Assembly (NCBI GenBank): GCA_965207415.1
Contig: CBDBMD010000003.1
Span: forward strand, 3,113,243-3,177,242
Reading direction: 5' to 3'
Source: Dehalococcoidia bacterium
GTDB lineage: Bacteria > Chloroflexota > Dehalococcoidia > UBA2979
Length of the DNA stretch: 64,000 bases
Each line of letters opens with the position of its first letter. The first letter of the stretch is position 1. Below, piece by piece: positions 27,446-39,183 of the stretch. Made by a program: the position numbers and the translations under genes. A model generated the notes under the pieces. It did no database searches. It had not been told where the DNA came from and saw only the letters and a program-made list of their open reading frames with translations.

Positions 27446-29905
27446 TAGCCGAAGTACGAGACCGTGCCGTGCTGGTTGAAGCCGTCCAACATCGCCTGGG
27501 CCTTGGCACGGCTGAGGGGATAGCGGTCCTCAGCAAGCGCGATGAACCGCTCCAACGCGCTACCGACATCGGGATCGAGACCGCTCACCTTCGTCAGGAT
27601 CTTCTGGAGGATCTGCTCGTCTAGGGCGTCGGTCCAAGCCACCCCCAGGTCGGCGGCGGCGTCAATGTAGAAGCCGATCTCGTCGACCACACGGAAGGCG
27701 AGTGGGGCGACGGTGTGTATCACGTCCCAGATGTCGAGTAGCGCGGGTGCGTGGGGTCGGCCGTCAAGGCGATCGGCGAGCGCCGCCCGCGAAGCTTCGA
27801 GTTCAATGAGCTGAGCGCGGTCGTACACCTTGTCCGCGAAGCCGTGTGTCGTCTCGTCGATGTTGACCGTGCCGACGAAGTTCAGGTTCTGGCCGAGTAC
27901 GACCTCTTCCTGCCCGAGCTGAAGCACACCCTCGCCAGAGCGCGCACGGAACTCCAGCGCAGAGAGGAACTGAGCGAAGTAGTACTCCACGCGTGCCAGG
28001 TTCATCTCATCGAGCACGAGAAAGAACGGCCGTGGCTCGCGCTCGTCGCGCTGGGCCGCAGTCCATTCCCGCGCGGCTGCTCGCACGAAACGGCTGAATG
28101 GTGTGTCGTGATACGCCCCTGTCAGAGGATTGAGGTATCCCAGCAGGTCCTCGTTCGTCGTCCAGTTCGGAGCGACAGGTACAATCTGGACCTCGCCGCC
28201 GGTCGCGCGGCCGTAGGCATCGGCCAGCCAGGTTTTTGCCGGTTCCGCTGACTCCCGACAGGATCACGAACCCACGTACCTGGAGGGCAAGGTGGAAACG
28301 GCGCAGCGCTCGATCATCAATCACCATCCCCTCGTCGCGCACCGACGCGGCGATCGCGTCGAGGTCATGTACGACCTCTCTAGGGGAGCCACCAGTTGCC
28401 TGATCGGTGCTGCCATTGGGCTCGGCGAGCCTCTTGATCCGTGCGACCTCGTGGACGAAGCGGGCGACCTGCGCCGGCACGTCGTCGGCATCGAGATCTG
28501 CGACGATCACGAACTTCTGATCGTCGTCCGTCGTCACAGCCGGGAGATCGGTGTTGCTCCAGAACAGCTCCCGACTCACGCCTGAGCGCCCACCGCCGAT
28601 CCGACCTCGGTGGAGCAGTAGGCGGTGCTCCGTATCGACATCGACGCCGAACGCACCGGCAACCTGCCGGTTTACTCCACTGAGGGACGGATTCACCTCG
28701 CACGTGATCGAGAGTCCGCCGCCGCCATCCGGGTCGCTTGTGCCGAATGGGTTCCAATAGCGCCCGAGATCGGGCAGGACTTCAAACGCGCCCCATACCT
28801 GAAGCTGCGGATGCCAGTACAGCGTGTTCCCCTCCGCAGTACCACCGCGAAAGCCCAGAGACGAGTCCTCGTGGGTTCGCGCCCCGTCAGCGAACCGCCT
28901 GGTGAGCAGTTCCTGCGCAGCCGCAATCTCCTCCGGGTTCTCGATCAGGGCCACGTCAAGCGGACGAGGTTCGTCCAGCCCCCCGACCACGACGTAGATC
29001 GCGCCCTGTACATCCAGCATGTCGCGGGGTGTCCCGCCCGCGCTCACCAGGCGCTTGTCCGCCTCCTCGCAGAAGTTGAGGTGCTCACGGTACTGCTCCT
29101 CCACAGGCAGAGAACTCACCGGATGCTCGCTCACTTCCTTGCGAACAGCGCCGAGCGTCATCGAGCGCATGATCGGTAAGCGGTCGGGCTCGACCGCGAA
29201 GTTGAGCAGTGAGCCAAGCGACAGGATGGCGCCGGGCGTGAGGCCGCGCGACCTCGCGGCGGCTGCGAAGGCATCGAAGCGTGCTTGTGCCGAGCGGTCG
29301 ACCTCCCCGAACTGAGCGACGGCGCCTCTGACACTCTCTGTTGAATCGGGGTCCGCGACCCACGTCAGGAGCCGGTCGTTTACGCGCCAGTTTGTGAGGT
29401 TGTTCGGGGGTCCTAACGCCTCGCGGAGCGTCTCACCCCAGCTTGGGTGACCCCGGAGTGCTGCGTCGATCGCGTTGCGGATCCGTTCCGCGACCACCAG
29501 CTTGTAGTCCCGCTCGCGTTCGTCGAATTGTGGATCGCGGAGGGTTTCCAGCATGCCGCGAACCACGCGGGCCCATCCATCAGGCGAGACCGTCCCCTCC
29601 GAGCCTGGTCGGACGTCCGAAACTGCCGCGTGCGCCAGCTCCCAGCCCTTCTCCGTCAGATGCCATCCGGGGTTCGCCGAGTCGTGTGGCTCCAGGTAGC
29701 CCTTCTCGACCGCGACCTTGTTCACGAAGAAGCGAAGACTGCTCCGTCCCTGCTCGGAGAGCTTGTTCCCACCGAGCTGCGCCTCGACTGTGTCGTAGAG
29801 GTCGGGCATTTCCGCACTGCCACCCTGCTCGGCGATTCGCCGAACAACCAGAGCGACTTGATCGTCCCCAGACAGGCCAAAGTCACTCCCGGTACCGTCG
29901 GCCAT
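27445..29905 (-). pseudogene. mcrB: McrB-family AAA+ GTPase split by an extra A right after Walker A
   Basis: GVSGTGK in ORF 28007-29905; removing one T of 28233-28237 gives GKTWLA...VAPNWTT-EDLLGY, LVLDEMN and GTVNIDE in frame. Confidence 0.85.
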
Positions 29906-30224
29906 CAGGTCCTCCGTCGCTTGCCGTGTCCACGCGGGAGCCCATAGCTACGCGTTTCCGGTCAGACATGTGGCGTAGCGGGATCGCCCGCAGCGATGTG
30001 GATTGTAGTCGAGGCCTGCACCTGGGGTGCTGGAACTGCTCGGCTGCCTCGTCCGATGGCTAGGCCGATCTGGATAGAGTCGGTGAAGTTGTGCCGACGG
30101 GATCGCGGCCTGTCGACAATCACCTGATCGAGCTCAAGGGCGGTCCGTCTGCGTGCAACGTTGATCTCCGCGCGTGATACGGCATAGTTTGCCCGCTGGC
30201 GACAAAGTGGAGGAGGACAGCGGC

Positions 30225-32204
30225 GTGACTGCGGAAGAACCTCGATGGCGATTCCGGCGCATGATGCCCTCGGAAATCAACCAGGACCCCGTCCAAGGCG
30301 AGTTCTTTACCTCCGCTTCCGATCTGCCCGAGCGAGTTGTCCGCGAGGCACTGCAGAATTCCTTGGATGCGCGGCTGGGGGGTGAGCACGTACGCGTCCG
30401 CTTCACGTTCAGCGGCGAGGGCCAGGCTCTTCCGGTTGAAGCCGGAGCCCGCTACCTGCGAGAGCTCGCTCCGCACATCCAGGCCGATCCGAGCGCGGAC
30501 GCTGCAGAGCGCGAGGCGATCGACGAGGCGCTGGCTTGCCTGGACGGGCCGATGCCATGGGTTACGGTCGAGGACTTCGGCACGACCGGCCTTGCCGGCG
30601 ACATTGAGGCGAATGACCCGAAGGAGCCGGGTAACGATTTCTGGGGCTTCTTCCGAAGCATCGGTATCTCACCCAAGGGCGAAGATGCGGGCGGTTCGTG
30701 GGGGTTGGGGAAGTGGGTCTTCCCTGACGCGTCCATGGTGAACGCTTACATCGGCGCGACTCAGCGTGTCGGCGAAGATCGCACCTTACTCATGGGGATG
30801 GCTGTCCTGAGGACGCACACCCTCGACGGCACGAAACACCCGCCGTACGGCCAGTTCGCCGCTGAGACAGATGCACGGGACGACGAGTGGCTGCCACTCC
30901 CAATCAACTCCAGGGACGACCCTGACTTCGTTCTCCAGACGCTGTCTGACTTCCGGCTCGACAGACTGGACCATCCCGGCCTGTCGGTGGTCGTGCCGTT
31001 CCCGAAAGAAGACCTCACTCCCGGCGCGGTAGCGCGCGCCGTCATTACGCAGTACTTCCTCCCGATTGTGCGGGGTGACCTCACGGTCGAAATCCGAGCG
31101 CCGGATGAACGGCAGCGGACGATCAGCGCCGAAACGATCGCTCGCGAGGTCGTCGATATAGAGATGCCTACTACGGAGGACGCTCATGACGAAGAGTCAC
31201 CAGACTCACTCGCCGGGGTGATCCGTCTCGCGCAATGGGCGGTTCAGCTTGATGACGCAGCGCACACCACGCTGCAAGTGCCAACACGGACCAACGACAC
31301 CATTGAGTTGCTCGACCTCGAGGACTTGCGTGAACGCTACGAACGCGGGGAGCGGTTGGCGTTCAAACTCGAGACCCGGGTGCGGCGGAAGGGATCTGCT
31401 GAGCGCACGGAGACCGGCTTCCAGCTGTACCTCGAGCGAGCTGACGGCCTGTCGAGCGGCCACGATTACTTCGTTCGAGGCCACCTCAGCATCCCGAGGA
31501 TGGATCACATCACGCGCTACAAGGCGAGAGTGCTCGTAGTCGTAGACGGACAGTCGGAGCTCGCGCATCTGCTCAGGGACTCAGAGGGACCGGCGCATGT
31601 CTCGTGGGATCCGCACGAGCAGCGTCTCAAGGACCACTGGGTCGGCGGGTACGGCCGCGTTCAAGAAGTCAGGCGAGCTGCCGTGCTTATGCTGCAACGC
31701 TTGGCCGAGCGACCCGATGAGCAGCAGTTCGATGCCCTCGCCGACCTCTTCCCGGCGGATCCAGCGGACATTCGCAGTCGGACGAAGAGCGGTCGCCGCG
31801 GGGGTGACCCGCCACCGCCACCGCCGCCGCCGCCCCCGCCGCCGGTACTGAACACGAGCCGGACAGAGGCCGGCTTCTCCGTGACGACCCCACGAGGCCC
31901 CGACCTCGTAGGCTCGGAGTGGACGCTGCGATTCGCGTACGACGTCGCCCGGGGGAACGCGTTCAGCCTGTTCGATCAAGGTGCGCGACAAGGTGTCCCG
32001 GACTTCTCCATCGGATCAGGACAGGTTGAGGTGCTTGCGCGCTCGGCTGACGTTGAGCGAATTGCGGACAACGCCATCCGGTTCCGAGTGCTCGCTGACG
32101 ACATCCGGCTCGACGTGGCGGGTCTCGACGGTCGCGACGTGATTGTCGACATGCAACGGATCGAGTCATCCGACGACTCCTCAGAAGCGGATGATTCCCC
32201 GTGA
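30225..32204 (+). CDS. GHKL (HATPase_c/MORC-like) ATPase
   Basis: REALQNSLDA, EDFGTTGL, GGSWGLGK; RBS AGGAGG at 30211; poly-Pro linker. Confidence 0.85.
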   Translation: MTAEEPRWRFRRMMPSEINQDPVQGEFFTSASDLPERVVREALQNSLDARLGGEHVRVRFTFSGEGQALPVEAGARYLRELAPHIQADPSADAAEREAIDEALACLDGPMPWVTVEDFGTTGLAGDIEANDPKEPGNDFWGFFRSIGISPKGEDAGGSWGLGKWVFPDASMVNAYIGATQRVGEDRTLLMGMAVLRTHTLDGTKHPPYGQFAAETDARDDEWLPLPINSRDDPDFVLQTLSDFRLDRLDHPGLSVVVPFPKEDLTPGAVARAVITQYFLPIVRGDLTVEIRAPDERQRTISAETIAREVVDIEMPTTEDAHDEESPDSLAGVIRLAQWAVQLDDAAHTTLQVPTRTNDTIELLDLEDLRERYERGERLAFKLETRVRRKGSAERTETGFQLYLERADGLSSGHDYFVRGHLSIPRMDHITRYKARVLVVVDGQSELAHLLRDSEGPAHVSWDPHEQRLKDHWVGGYGRVQEVRRAAVLMLQRLAERPDEQQFDALADLFPADPADIRSRTKSGRRGGDPPPPPPPPPPPPVLNTSRTEAGFSVTTPRGPDLVGSEWTLRFAYDVARGNAFSLFDQGARQGVPDFSIGSGQVEVLARSADVERIADNAIRFRVLADDIRLDVAGLDGRDVIVDMQRIESSDDSSEADDSP

Positions 32205-32980
32205 GGAGTCGACTCAACCACACGGGGCGGAGGCGCATCACAAGGAACCACGCACAGGTGTCCGTGCGTGCTCCCGAGGGTGAAGACGCGCCGATCTTCG
32301 ACGCGAGCCTCGACTTGTCGAGCTACGGCTTCCCGGATGACGCCCGCGTGCGCGTGGAGGCGTGGCGCAGTAACGCCGTGCAGCGCTGGGACTACGGCAC
32401 TGCCGGCACGCTCGAGCCGCCCACAGACGAAGAGCGGCAACTGACCGATGTACCTGCGTCGGCGCAATTCCGCGTGATCGTCGTGGCCGGCGACGGTTCT
32501 GGGCTGCTACTCGGACATGCGCCGAGTATCCGGCCGGTCTTGCCTCGCAGGTCGCTCCTGCCCGTGCGTGAGAGCGACGAGTTGGGCGACGAAGTTTGGC
32601 GCGTGGACTTCGGCGATGGGATGGACAGACCAGAGCTGCTCATCAACCCGTCCGTGGACGGGATCAGCGAGATCGTTCGCAGCGACGAGGCATTCCGTTC
32701 GCTGGTGATGCCTGACGTACTCCGCACGATTCTCGCCCACGTCGTGCTCGTCGAGCGACAGGACCCCGACGACGATGAGGGCCCGTGGGGAGGGTGGTTC
32801 GAGATAGCCGGGGCGCTGCTCCCCGACGAGGAGCCCCCTCACCTGCAGCATCAAGGGACAACGGACGCTGACATCGCGGATGCAAATCGGTGGATCGACC
32901 GTGTGGTAGCCGCCTTCGCTGACGTGCGCCTGGACGCGGCCGACGCCTACAACAATGTGATGCACGGGCGCCGATCATGA
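32201..32980 (+). CDS. Hypothetical protein, partner 2 of the GHKL module
   Basis: GTGA overlap upstream and ATGA overlap downstream; globular composition. Confidence 0.8.
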   Translation: MRSRLNHTGRRRITRNHAQVSVRAPEGEDAPIFDASLDLSSYGFPDDARVRVEAWRSNAVQRWDYGTAGTLEPPTDEERQLTDVPASAQFRVIVVAGDGSGLLLGHAPSIRPVLPRRSLLPVRESDELGDEVWRVDFGDGMDRPELLINPSVDGISEIVRSDEAFRSLVMPDVLRTILAHVVLVERQDPDDDEGPWGGWFEIAGALLPDEEPPHLQHQGTTDADIADANRWIDRVVAAFADVRLDAADAYNNVMHGRRS

Positions 32981-34038
32981 ACGACCACGGCGGCGAGGCG
33001 TTGTCGAGACTGCGTGAGATCCGTGACGTCCTCGGGGAAGAGGGCGCTCCCCGCCGCGTGAACCTCCGGGACTATGCGGAGCCTGGGACCCCTGCGTGGG
33101 ACGCCTTCGTTCAAGCTTCCGGTGTGCCGGGCCACAAGGTGCGTCGCGCGACCATGCTGGCTCGGATCAACCAGGCCATCGACGTGCTTACTGCGCAACT
33201 GCTCGGCGGGGAGGCTCCGCACGAGCCGTCCCCGTCGCAGGAACTCGAGCGAATGGCCGAGACCGTGAGTGCCGGCCTGGGACAGCCAAGCCGAAGCGAA
33301 CGCCAACAGCTGCGTCGCCTGACCCCCGCCGGCATCGAGCGGGCACGTCAGTTCCTCTCCGACCTGCGTGACGACCCGGGGGGTCCCATCGAACCCCCAC
33401 ACGACCTGCTATACGAGGAGCGCAACGCAGCACGTTTCGTCGGTGAGATTGAGGTCGAACGCCGCTCGTTCCAGACGCGCCGGGACGCCGCGGAGTACTT
33501 CGAGCCTTTGCTTAAGCCGATCGCCCACCTCGTGGCCGACCATGCCGGGGTTTGGTCCTGGCTCGGCATGTTCTACTTTGCGGAGACCGTTCGTCGCGAG
33601 AATGGCGCCGTCCGGCTATCACCACTGGACGAGACGTTCGTTGTCGATCGCCGGGATGTCGCCTCCCGTTCGTACCAGCTCCGGTTCCGGCACTACCTCT
33701 GGGGGTCGTGGCGCCTCTACGAACAACACGGCGAGAGGGCTGCATTCCTCCTCGACAAGGAACTGACTTGGTGGGGCGACATCGCACAACGGTCGTTTGG
33801 CGCGATCCGCACTTTCAATTCCGTAGGGATCGTGCCGCTGATCCTTCGCCTCTACACCCATGGGGGGCACCAGAAGCGGGGTTTCAACTTCAGCCGCGGC
33901 AGTCTCCGCCACCTGATCCGCGTGCTCGACCAACTCGAGCGCACGTACGACGTGTACGGGATGGAGCCCGACGCCCTCCTGAAGATCCTGCCCGAGGAAT
34001 TCCGCCAGTGGGACGGAGGCCCGGGCCCGGACCGCTAG
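32977..34038 (+). CDS. Hypothetical helical protein, partner 3 of the GHKL module
   Basis: ATGA overlap; WSWLGMFYF, RHYL, KRGF, QLERTYDVYGM...LPEEF. Confidence 0.8.
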   Translation: MNDHGGEALSRLREIRDVLGEEGAPRRVNLRDYAEPGTPAWDAFVQASGVPGHKVRRATMLARINQAIDVLTAQLLGGEAPHEPSPSQELERMAETVSAGLGQPSRSERQQLRRLTPAGIERARQFLSDLRDDPGGPIEPPHDLLYEERNAARFVGEIEVERRSFQTRRDAAEYFEPLLKPIAHLVADHAGVWSWLGMFYFAETVRRENGAVRLSPLDETFVVDRRDVASRSYQLRFRHYLWGSWRLYEQHGERAAFLLDKELTWWGDIAQRSFGAIRTFNSVGIVPLILRLYTHGGHQKRGFNFSRGSLRHLIRVLDQLERTYDVYGMEPDALLKILPEEFRQWDGGPGPDR

Positions 34039-34123
34039 ATCGCCCGTCCGGCGGCTCGATGCGATACCGTCGGCCTCGATGCGGCCGCGGAAGCGCTCGG
34101 TATTGCCCTGAGGTGAACACGCA

Positions 34124-35680
34124 ATGACCACCGAGAACAGCGTCACGACCGGCTACGAGGCCGAGCTTTGGGAGATGGCGGACGCGCTGCGCGGGAGCAT
34201 GGACGCCGCCGAGTACAAGCACGTCGCGCTCGGGCTGATCTTCCTCAAGTACGTCTCCGACGCTTTCGAGGAGACCCGCGAGCAGCTCGAGGCCGAGCGG
34301 GACCAGGGCGCCAACCCCGATCACCCCGACGAGTACCTTGCCCGCAACATCCTCTGGGTGCCGGAGGCGGCGCGCTGGTCGGTGCTGCGGGCGCAGGCCC
34401 GCCAGTCCACCATCGGGCAGACGGTCGATGAAGCCATGACCGCCATCGAGGAGGCGAACCCCGCGCTCCGCGACGTGCTGCCGAAGGACTACGCGCGGCC
34501 CGCGCTCGACAAGCAGCGGCTGGGCCAGCTCATCGACCAGGTCAGCAACATCATCGTCGGTGACGAGGCCGCCCGCTCGCGGGACGTGCTCGGGCGCGTC
34601 TACGAGTATTTCCTCTCCCGTTTCGCCGAGGCCGAGGGCAAGCGCGGCGGCGAGTTCTACACCCCGCGCAGCGTGGTCCGGCTGCTGGTCGAGATGATCG
34701 AGCCGTACGAGGGTCGGGTGTACGACCCGTGTTGCGGCTCCTCGGGGATGTTCGTGCAGTCGGTCGAGTTCATCCGCGCCCACCAGAGCGGGAACGGGAA
34801 CGGCGGCAAGGCGAGCGCGCCCATCTCGATCTGGGGCCAGGAGTCCAACCACACCACCTGGCGGCTCGCGAAGATGAACCTCGCGATCCGGGGCATCGAG
34901 GGCCAGATCGCCCATGGCGACAGCTTCCACAACGACCGCCACCCGGACCTGCGGGCCGACTACATCCTCGCGAATCCGCCCTTCAACGTGTCCGACTGGG
35001 GCGGCGACCGTCTCGCCGACGACCAGCGCTGGAAGTACGGCGTCCCGTCGGCCGGTAACGCGAACTTCGCGTGGGTGCAGCACTTCGTCCACCACCTCGC
35101 CCCGGGAGGCGTCGCCGGCTTCGTGCTCGCCAACGGCTCGATGTCCTCCAACCAGCGCGGCGAGGGGGAGATCCGCGAGCGGCTCGTCGAGGAGGAACTC
35201 GTCGACTGCATGGTGGCGTTGCCCGGGCAGCTCTTCTACTCGACACAGATTCCGGCCTGCCTGTGGTTCCTCGCCCGCGACCGCCACAACGGCCGCTTCC
35301 GCGATCGCAGCGGCAAGGTGCTGTTCATCGACGCCCGCGCAATGGGCCGCATGACCGACCGCACGCACCGCGAACTGACCGCCGAGGACATCGCGCGCAT
35401 CGCCGAGACCTACCACGCCTGGCGCGGCGAGGAGGGCGCCGGCGACTACGCCGACGTGCCCGGCTTCTGCAAGTCGGCGGACATCGAGGAAGTACGGCGC
35501 CACGGCCACGTGCTGACGCCCGGCCGCTACGTCGGCGCGGCGCCGCAGGAGGACGACGGCGAACCGTTCGAGGAGAAGATGGCGCGCCTCGCCGCAAAGT
35601 GGCGCGAGCAGCGCGCCGAGGCGGAGCGGCTGGACACGGAGATCGAGGCGAACCTGAGGGCGTTGGGGTACAGCGAGTGA
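34124..35680 (+). CDS. hsdM: Type I R-M methyltransferase subunit
   Basis: [19 protein letters not shown]. Confidence 0.97.
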   Translation: MTTENSVTTGYEAELWEMADALRGSMDAAEYKHVALGLIFLKYVSDAFEETREQLEAERDQGANPDHPDEYLARNILWVPEAARWSVLRAQARQSTIGQTVDEAMTAIEEANPALRDVLPKDYARPALDKQRLGQLIDQVSNIIVGDEAARSRDVLGRVYEYFLSRFAEAEGKRGGEFYTPRSVVRLLVEMIEPYEGRVYDPCCGSSGMFVQSVEFIRAHQSGNGNGGKASAPISIWGQESNHTTWRLAKMNLAIRGIEGQIAHGDSFHNDRHPDLRADYILANPPFNVSDWGGDRLADDQRWKYGVPSAGNANFAWVQHFVHHLAPGGVAGFVLANGSMSSNQRGEGEIRERLVEEELVDCMVALPGQLFYSTQIPACLWFLARDRHNGRFRDRSGKVLFIDARAMGRMTDRTHRELTAEDIARIAETYHAWRGEEGAGDYADVPGFCKSADIEEVRRHGHVLTPGRYVGAAPQEDDGEPFEEKMARLAAKWREQRAEAERLDTEIEANLRALGYSE

Positions 35681-37035
35681 CCTTCGCGAACGCTCCGAGC
35701 CCACCCAGGTGGCGGAATGCTCCGCTAGCCGATGTCATTGATCTGACACTCAGCAGCGTCGACAAGAAGTCCAAGGTAGGCGAGTTGAACGTTCTGCTGT
35801 GCAATTACATGGACGTGTACAGCAACGAGCACATCCGTAGCGGAATGGACTTCATGTCGGCAACTGCGACCGCGCGTGAGATAGAGAAGTGCTCCCTGTA
35901 CCCCGGTGACGTTGTCATCACCAAAGACTCGGAGGCCTACGACGACATTGGCGTCCCAGCCCTAGTTCGGGACGACGTACCGGACCTGGTGTGCGGCTAC
36001 CATCTGGCCATTCTTCGGGCGCGGCCAGAAATCGACGGCGCGTACCTGTTCTACGCGCTGAGAAGTAGGGCCGTGCAACAGCAGTTCCACGCTTATGCGA
36101 ATGGAGTGACTCGATTCGGGCTGCGGAAGGCCGACATCGGCCTAGTGGAGATTCCGCTCCCACCTCTCGAAGAGCAGCGCGCCATCGCGCGCGTGCTCGG
36201 TGCGCTCGACGACAAGATCGAGCTGAACCGGCGCATGAGCGAGACGCTCGAGGAGATGGCGCGGGCGCTGTTCCGGTCGTGGTTCGTGGACTTCGACCCG
36301 GTGCGCGCGAAGGCCGAGGGCCGGCCCTCAGGCCTCCCGCCCGACCTCGACGCGCTGTTCCCCGCGTCGTTCGAGGCGTCGGAGCTGGGGGAGATACCGG
36401 CGGAGTGGGAGGTGATGGCGCTGGGGGACGTAGCAGACACAGTCCGAGGAAGATCCTACCGGAGCGCCGAGCTGGCTGAGTCCGACACCGCGCTCGTGAC
36501 GCTAAAGTCGTTCGCTCGCGGCGGCGGCTACCGGCCGGAAGGACTGAAGTCCTATACCGGTCGCTACAAGCCCGAACAGGTTGTCAGGCCCGGCGAACTG
36601 GTCGTCGCGTGCACGGACGTCACGCAAGCAGCCGAGGTGGTGGGCCGTCCGGCCATTGTCCAGGGCGACGAGCGATTCGAGACTTTCGTTGCCTCGTTGG
36701 ACACCCTGATCGTCCGACCGCGCGCCTCTTGTGCCGTATCGGTGCCGTTCCTGTACTGCCTCGGGAAGACTCCGTCGTTCACGCATCACACCTACTCCCG
36801 TGTGTCGGGTACTACGGTCCTCCACTTGGCTAAGGACGCCGTGCCTTCGTACACTTTCCCAGTCGCACCCCAAGGGATCCTCGATGCGTTTAACTCTTTC
36901 GTCGAACCGGCCTTCGGTCGGTTGACAGACTTCGCATCGGACTCGGAACGGATCCGCAACGTCCGCGATGCGCTGCTGCCTCGGCTGGTGTCGGGGGAAG
37001 TGAGGGTCGGGGGTGCGCGCGTCCCGGAGGATTGA
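35677..37035 (+). CDS. hsdS: Type I R-M specificity subunit
   Basis: Two TRDs; [12 protein letters not shown]...LDDKIELN; [12 protein letters not shown]. Confidence 0.95.
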   Translation: MTFANAPSPPRWRNAPLADVIDLTLSSVDKKSKVGELNVLLCNYMDVYSNEHIRSGMDFMSATATAREIEKCSLYPGDVVITKDSEAYDDIGVPALVRDDVPDLVCGYHLAILRARPEIDGAYLFYALRSRAVQQQFHAYANGVTRFGLRKADIGLVEIPLPPLEEQRAIARVLGALDDKIELNRRMSETLEEMARALFRSWFVDFDPVRAKAEGRPSGLPPDLDALFPASFEASELGEIPAEWEVMALGDVADTVRGRSYRSAELAESDTALVTLKSFARGGGYRPEGLKSYTGRYKPEQVVRPGELVVACTDVTQAAEVVGRPAIVQGDERFETFVASLDTLIVRPRASCAVSVPFLYCLGKTPSFTHHTYSRVSGTTVLHLAKDAVPSYTFPVAPQGILDAFNSFVEPAFGRLTDFASDSERIRNVRDALLPRLVSGEVRVGGARVPED

Positions 37036-37863
37036 GTGAGCAGCTTGACGGCGGTCGACAGAGAGTACCTTGAGGCCATCCTCGGTATGAGTGGCGGGTA
37101 CGTTCTGCATTTCTCGGACAACGCATTCGGTGAGTTCTTCGACGCGCACACCGTCGACATTCACGGTGTGAGGTATCAGACGCACGGAACGTCGAAGGCC
37201 AAGAAGCTACGGGCGTTCTGGGAGAAAGAACCAGACTCACTCGTGGGGCCCGTCTTGTCCGAAATGCTCGACGTCTATGAGGCACGCTGCGCGTTAGACC
37301 AGCGCTCACCGGACACGGGGCTGCTCGCAAAGAGTCGGGAAATCGTGTCTAGGCTCTCAGGCGACATTGCCGACTCACCCTCGAGAGGGGAGACCGGGTT
37401 CCTGAGTGAGGACTTTGCGATCCCCGACCTCCACAAGCTGCCCGTGGACTCCCTTGTCTCTGGGATCATCCGCGACCGCTTGGAGGAAGCCCAGTCATGC
37501 CTGCGGGTAGGCGCGCATCTGTCGGTCATCTTCCAGTGCGGCAGCGTTCTGGAGGCGGTGCTTCTAGGTGCGGCTCAGAGCAATCCGAGGAAGTTCAACC
37601 AGTCTGCTTCCAGCCCCAAGCAGCGTGACGGGAAAGTGAAACCGTTCCCGGAGTGGACGCTCTCCGAACTCATCAACGCCGCGCACGACATTGGCCTACT
37701 GAAGGCGGATGTACATAAGTTCAGCCACGGCCTCCGAGACTTCAGAAACTACATTCACCCGTACCAGCAGATGGTTTCGAAGTTCAGTCCCGACGAACAC
37801 ACTGCTACCTTGTGCCTGCAGGTTCTCAAGGCGGCGCTGGCTGATGTGTCGGGCGAACGGTAA
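37036..37863 (+). CDS. AbiJ-N-like domain plus HEPN-like domain protein
   Basis: GMSGGYVLHFS...SKAKKLRAFW N-terminus; RDFRNYIH. Confidence 0.65.
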   Translation: MSSLTAVDREYLEAILGMSGGYVLHFSDNAFGEFFDAHTVDIHGVRYQTHGTSKAKKLRAFWEKEPDSLVGPVLSEMLDVYEARCALDQRSPDTGLLAKSREIVSRLSGDIADSPSRGETGFLSEDFAIPDLHKLPVDSLVSGIIRDRLEEAQSCLRVGAHLSVIFQCGSVLEAVLLGAAQSNPRKFNQSASSPKQRDGKVKPFPEWTLSELINAAHDIGLLKADVHKFSHGLRDFRNYIHPYQQMVSKFSPDEHTATLCLQVLKAALADVSGER

Positions 37864-37954
37864 CAGTTCCTACCACGCGTCACGAAGCCGAAATCGACTA
37901 TCCGGCCGAGCGCTGGCACCAGTGGTTAACTGATGCGAACATCCGCTTCAACCA

Positions 37955-38950
37955 ATGCTTGACTGGCATGACCTCAATGCGAGGCATACAGCATCGTTCA
38001 TCTGGCTGAGCCTAGCTCTCACGTTGCTCTTCTGGAGATCTGCAAACGCGAGGGGCGCGTTCCGCAATCTGGTGGAATCAGTCCGGAGCAAGCCCCTGCT
38101 TCCGGTACTAGCGGGTTTCCTTGCGGTCGCCGGTGTAGGCACATTCTCAGGATTTGTCCTAGGGAACTGGGTCTCTTATTGGGTCGCATTGCCTGTGGCC
38201 ACTGCGGCTGTGTGGACTCTGGGATCAGGGCTGGGCCTTCTCCTGAACTACGGTGCCTTCATACGGAAAGAGGCAACTTTCTCAAGAACCATTGCTCGCA
38301 CTCTTCTTCCGCCAGCCGTCATCACAGCTCTTGTTGGGTCGTCTACGTTCTCCCTGCCCCTCGAACTAATCCTCGTTCCCGTAGTGATCGGCCTGGGGCT
38401 GGTTCATATCGTCGCCAGTTCAGATGCCAAGCATCAAAGAGCAACTTATGTGACTACTACCTTACTCTTGCTGTACGCGCTTGTGCTGCTTGCACTACTG
38501 ATAAGAGACTCCATCTCGGATCTCGAAAATCTCATATTGGCGTCGCACGCGGTCATCCTGCCAGTCTGGCTTACTGTCTGGGCCGTCGCCTACTTGAGGC
38601 TTCTCATGAGTATTGAGAAGACTGGGTTCGTGCTCTCGACCAGATGTAAGTCTATCCGTGCGAGCGAATACGGCGACGCATGGCCGCTAACTGTCGAGAA
38701 GGCATGGCTATGCTGCAAATCTAGCGCCGTGTGGGTGGAGGTTGGCAAGAATCGGTATCCCCTGAACGGGACTTCAAAAACCGTCTTGCCGGGATACGGT
38801 CTCGAATTCGTCGAACTGGAAGAGATCTGGAGGGAAGACCCAGCATGGGAGAGCATACGGGAGCAGCTCGGGGAGTCGAACCAGACACCACTGCGGGTCA
38901 ATGTCGGGGGTCTCATCAGGGAAGGACTAGCTTTGGAGCGGGAGGGATAG
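37955..38950 (+). CDS. Multi-TM membrane protein with C-terminal YebY/DUF2511-like domain
   Basis: About 6-7 hydrophobic helices; YGDAWPLTV...C...YPLNGT...IW; visibly lower GC. Confidence 0.65.
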   Translation: MLDWHDLNARHTASFIWLSLALTLLFWRSANARGAFRNLVESVRSKPLLPVLAGFLAVAGVGTFSGFVLGNWVSYWVALPVATAAVWTLGSGLGLLLNYGAFIRKEATFSRTIARTLLPPAVITALVGSSTFSLPLELILVPVVIGLGLVHIVASSDAKHQRATYVTTTLLLLYALVLLALLIRDSISDLENLILASHAVILPVWLTVWAVAYLRLLMSIEKTGFVLSTRCKSIRASEYGDAWPLTVEKAWLCCKSSAVWVEVGKNRYPLNGTSKTVLPGYGLEFVELEEIWREDPAWESIREQLGESNQTPLRVNVGGLIREGLALEREG

Positions 38951-39183
38951 AGTAGGACTTGTCGCTGAGGCGCTAGTTGGATCGACGAGGGTTCGGGCGG
39001 CGTGCCCGACCTAGCGACGGTCTTCACTGCCCAGGAGTGCGCGCTCCTCACTCAGGATACGGGAGGCTGCCACGTCACGGGTGGCGGTACGCTCCAGCCA
39101 GCAGCGCGGCGGAAGCCAGGCGAAGCCCTACCGGGTTCGGCGGGTCCGCCAAGCAATCCTGAGAACCACTTGTGAGGAAGCCG

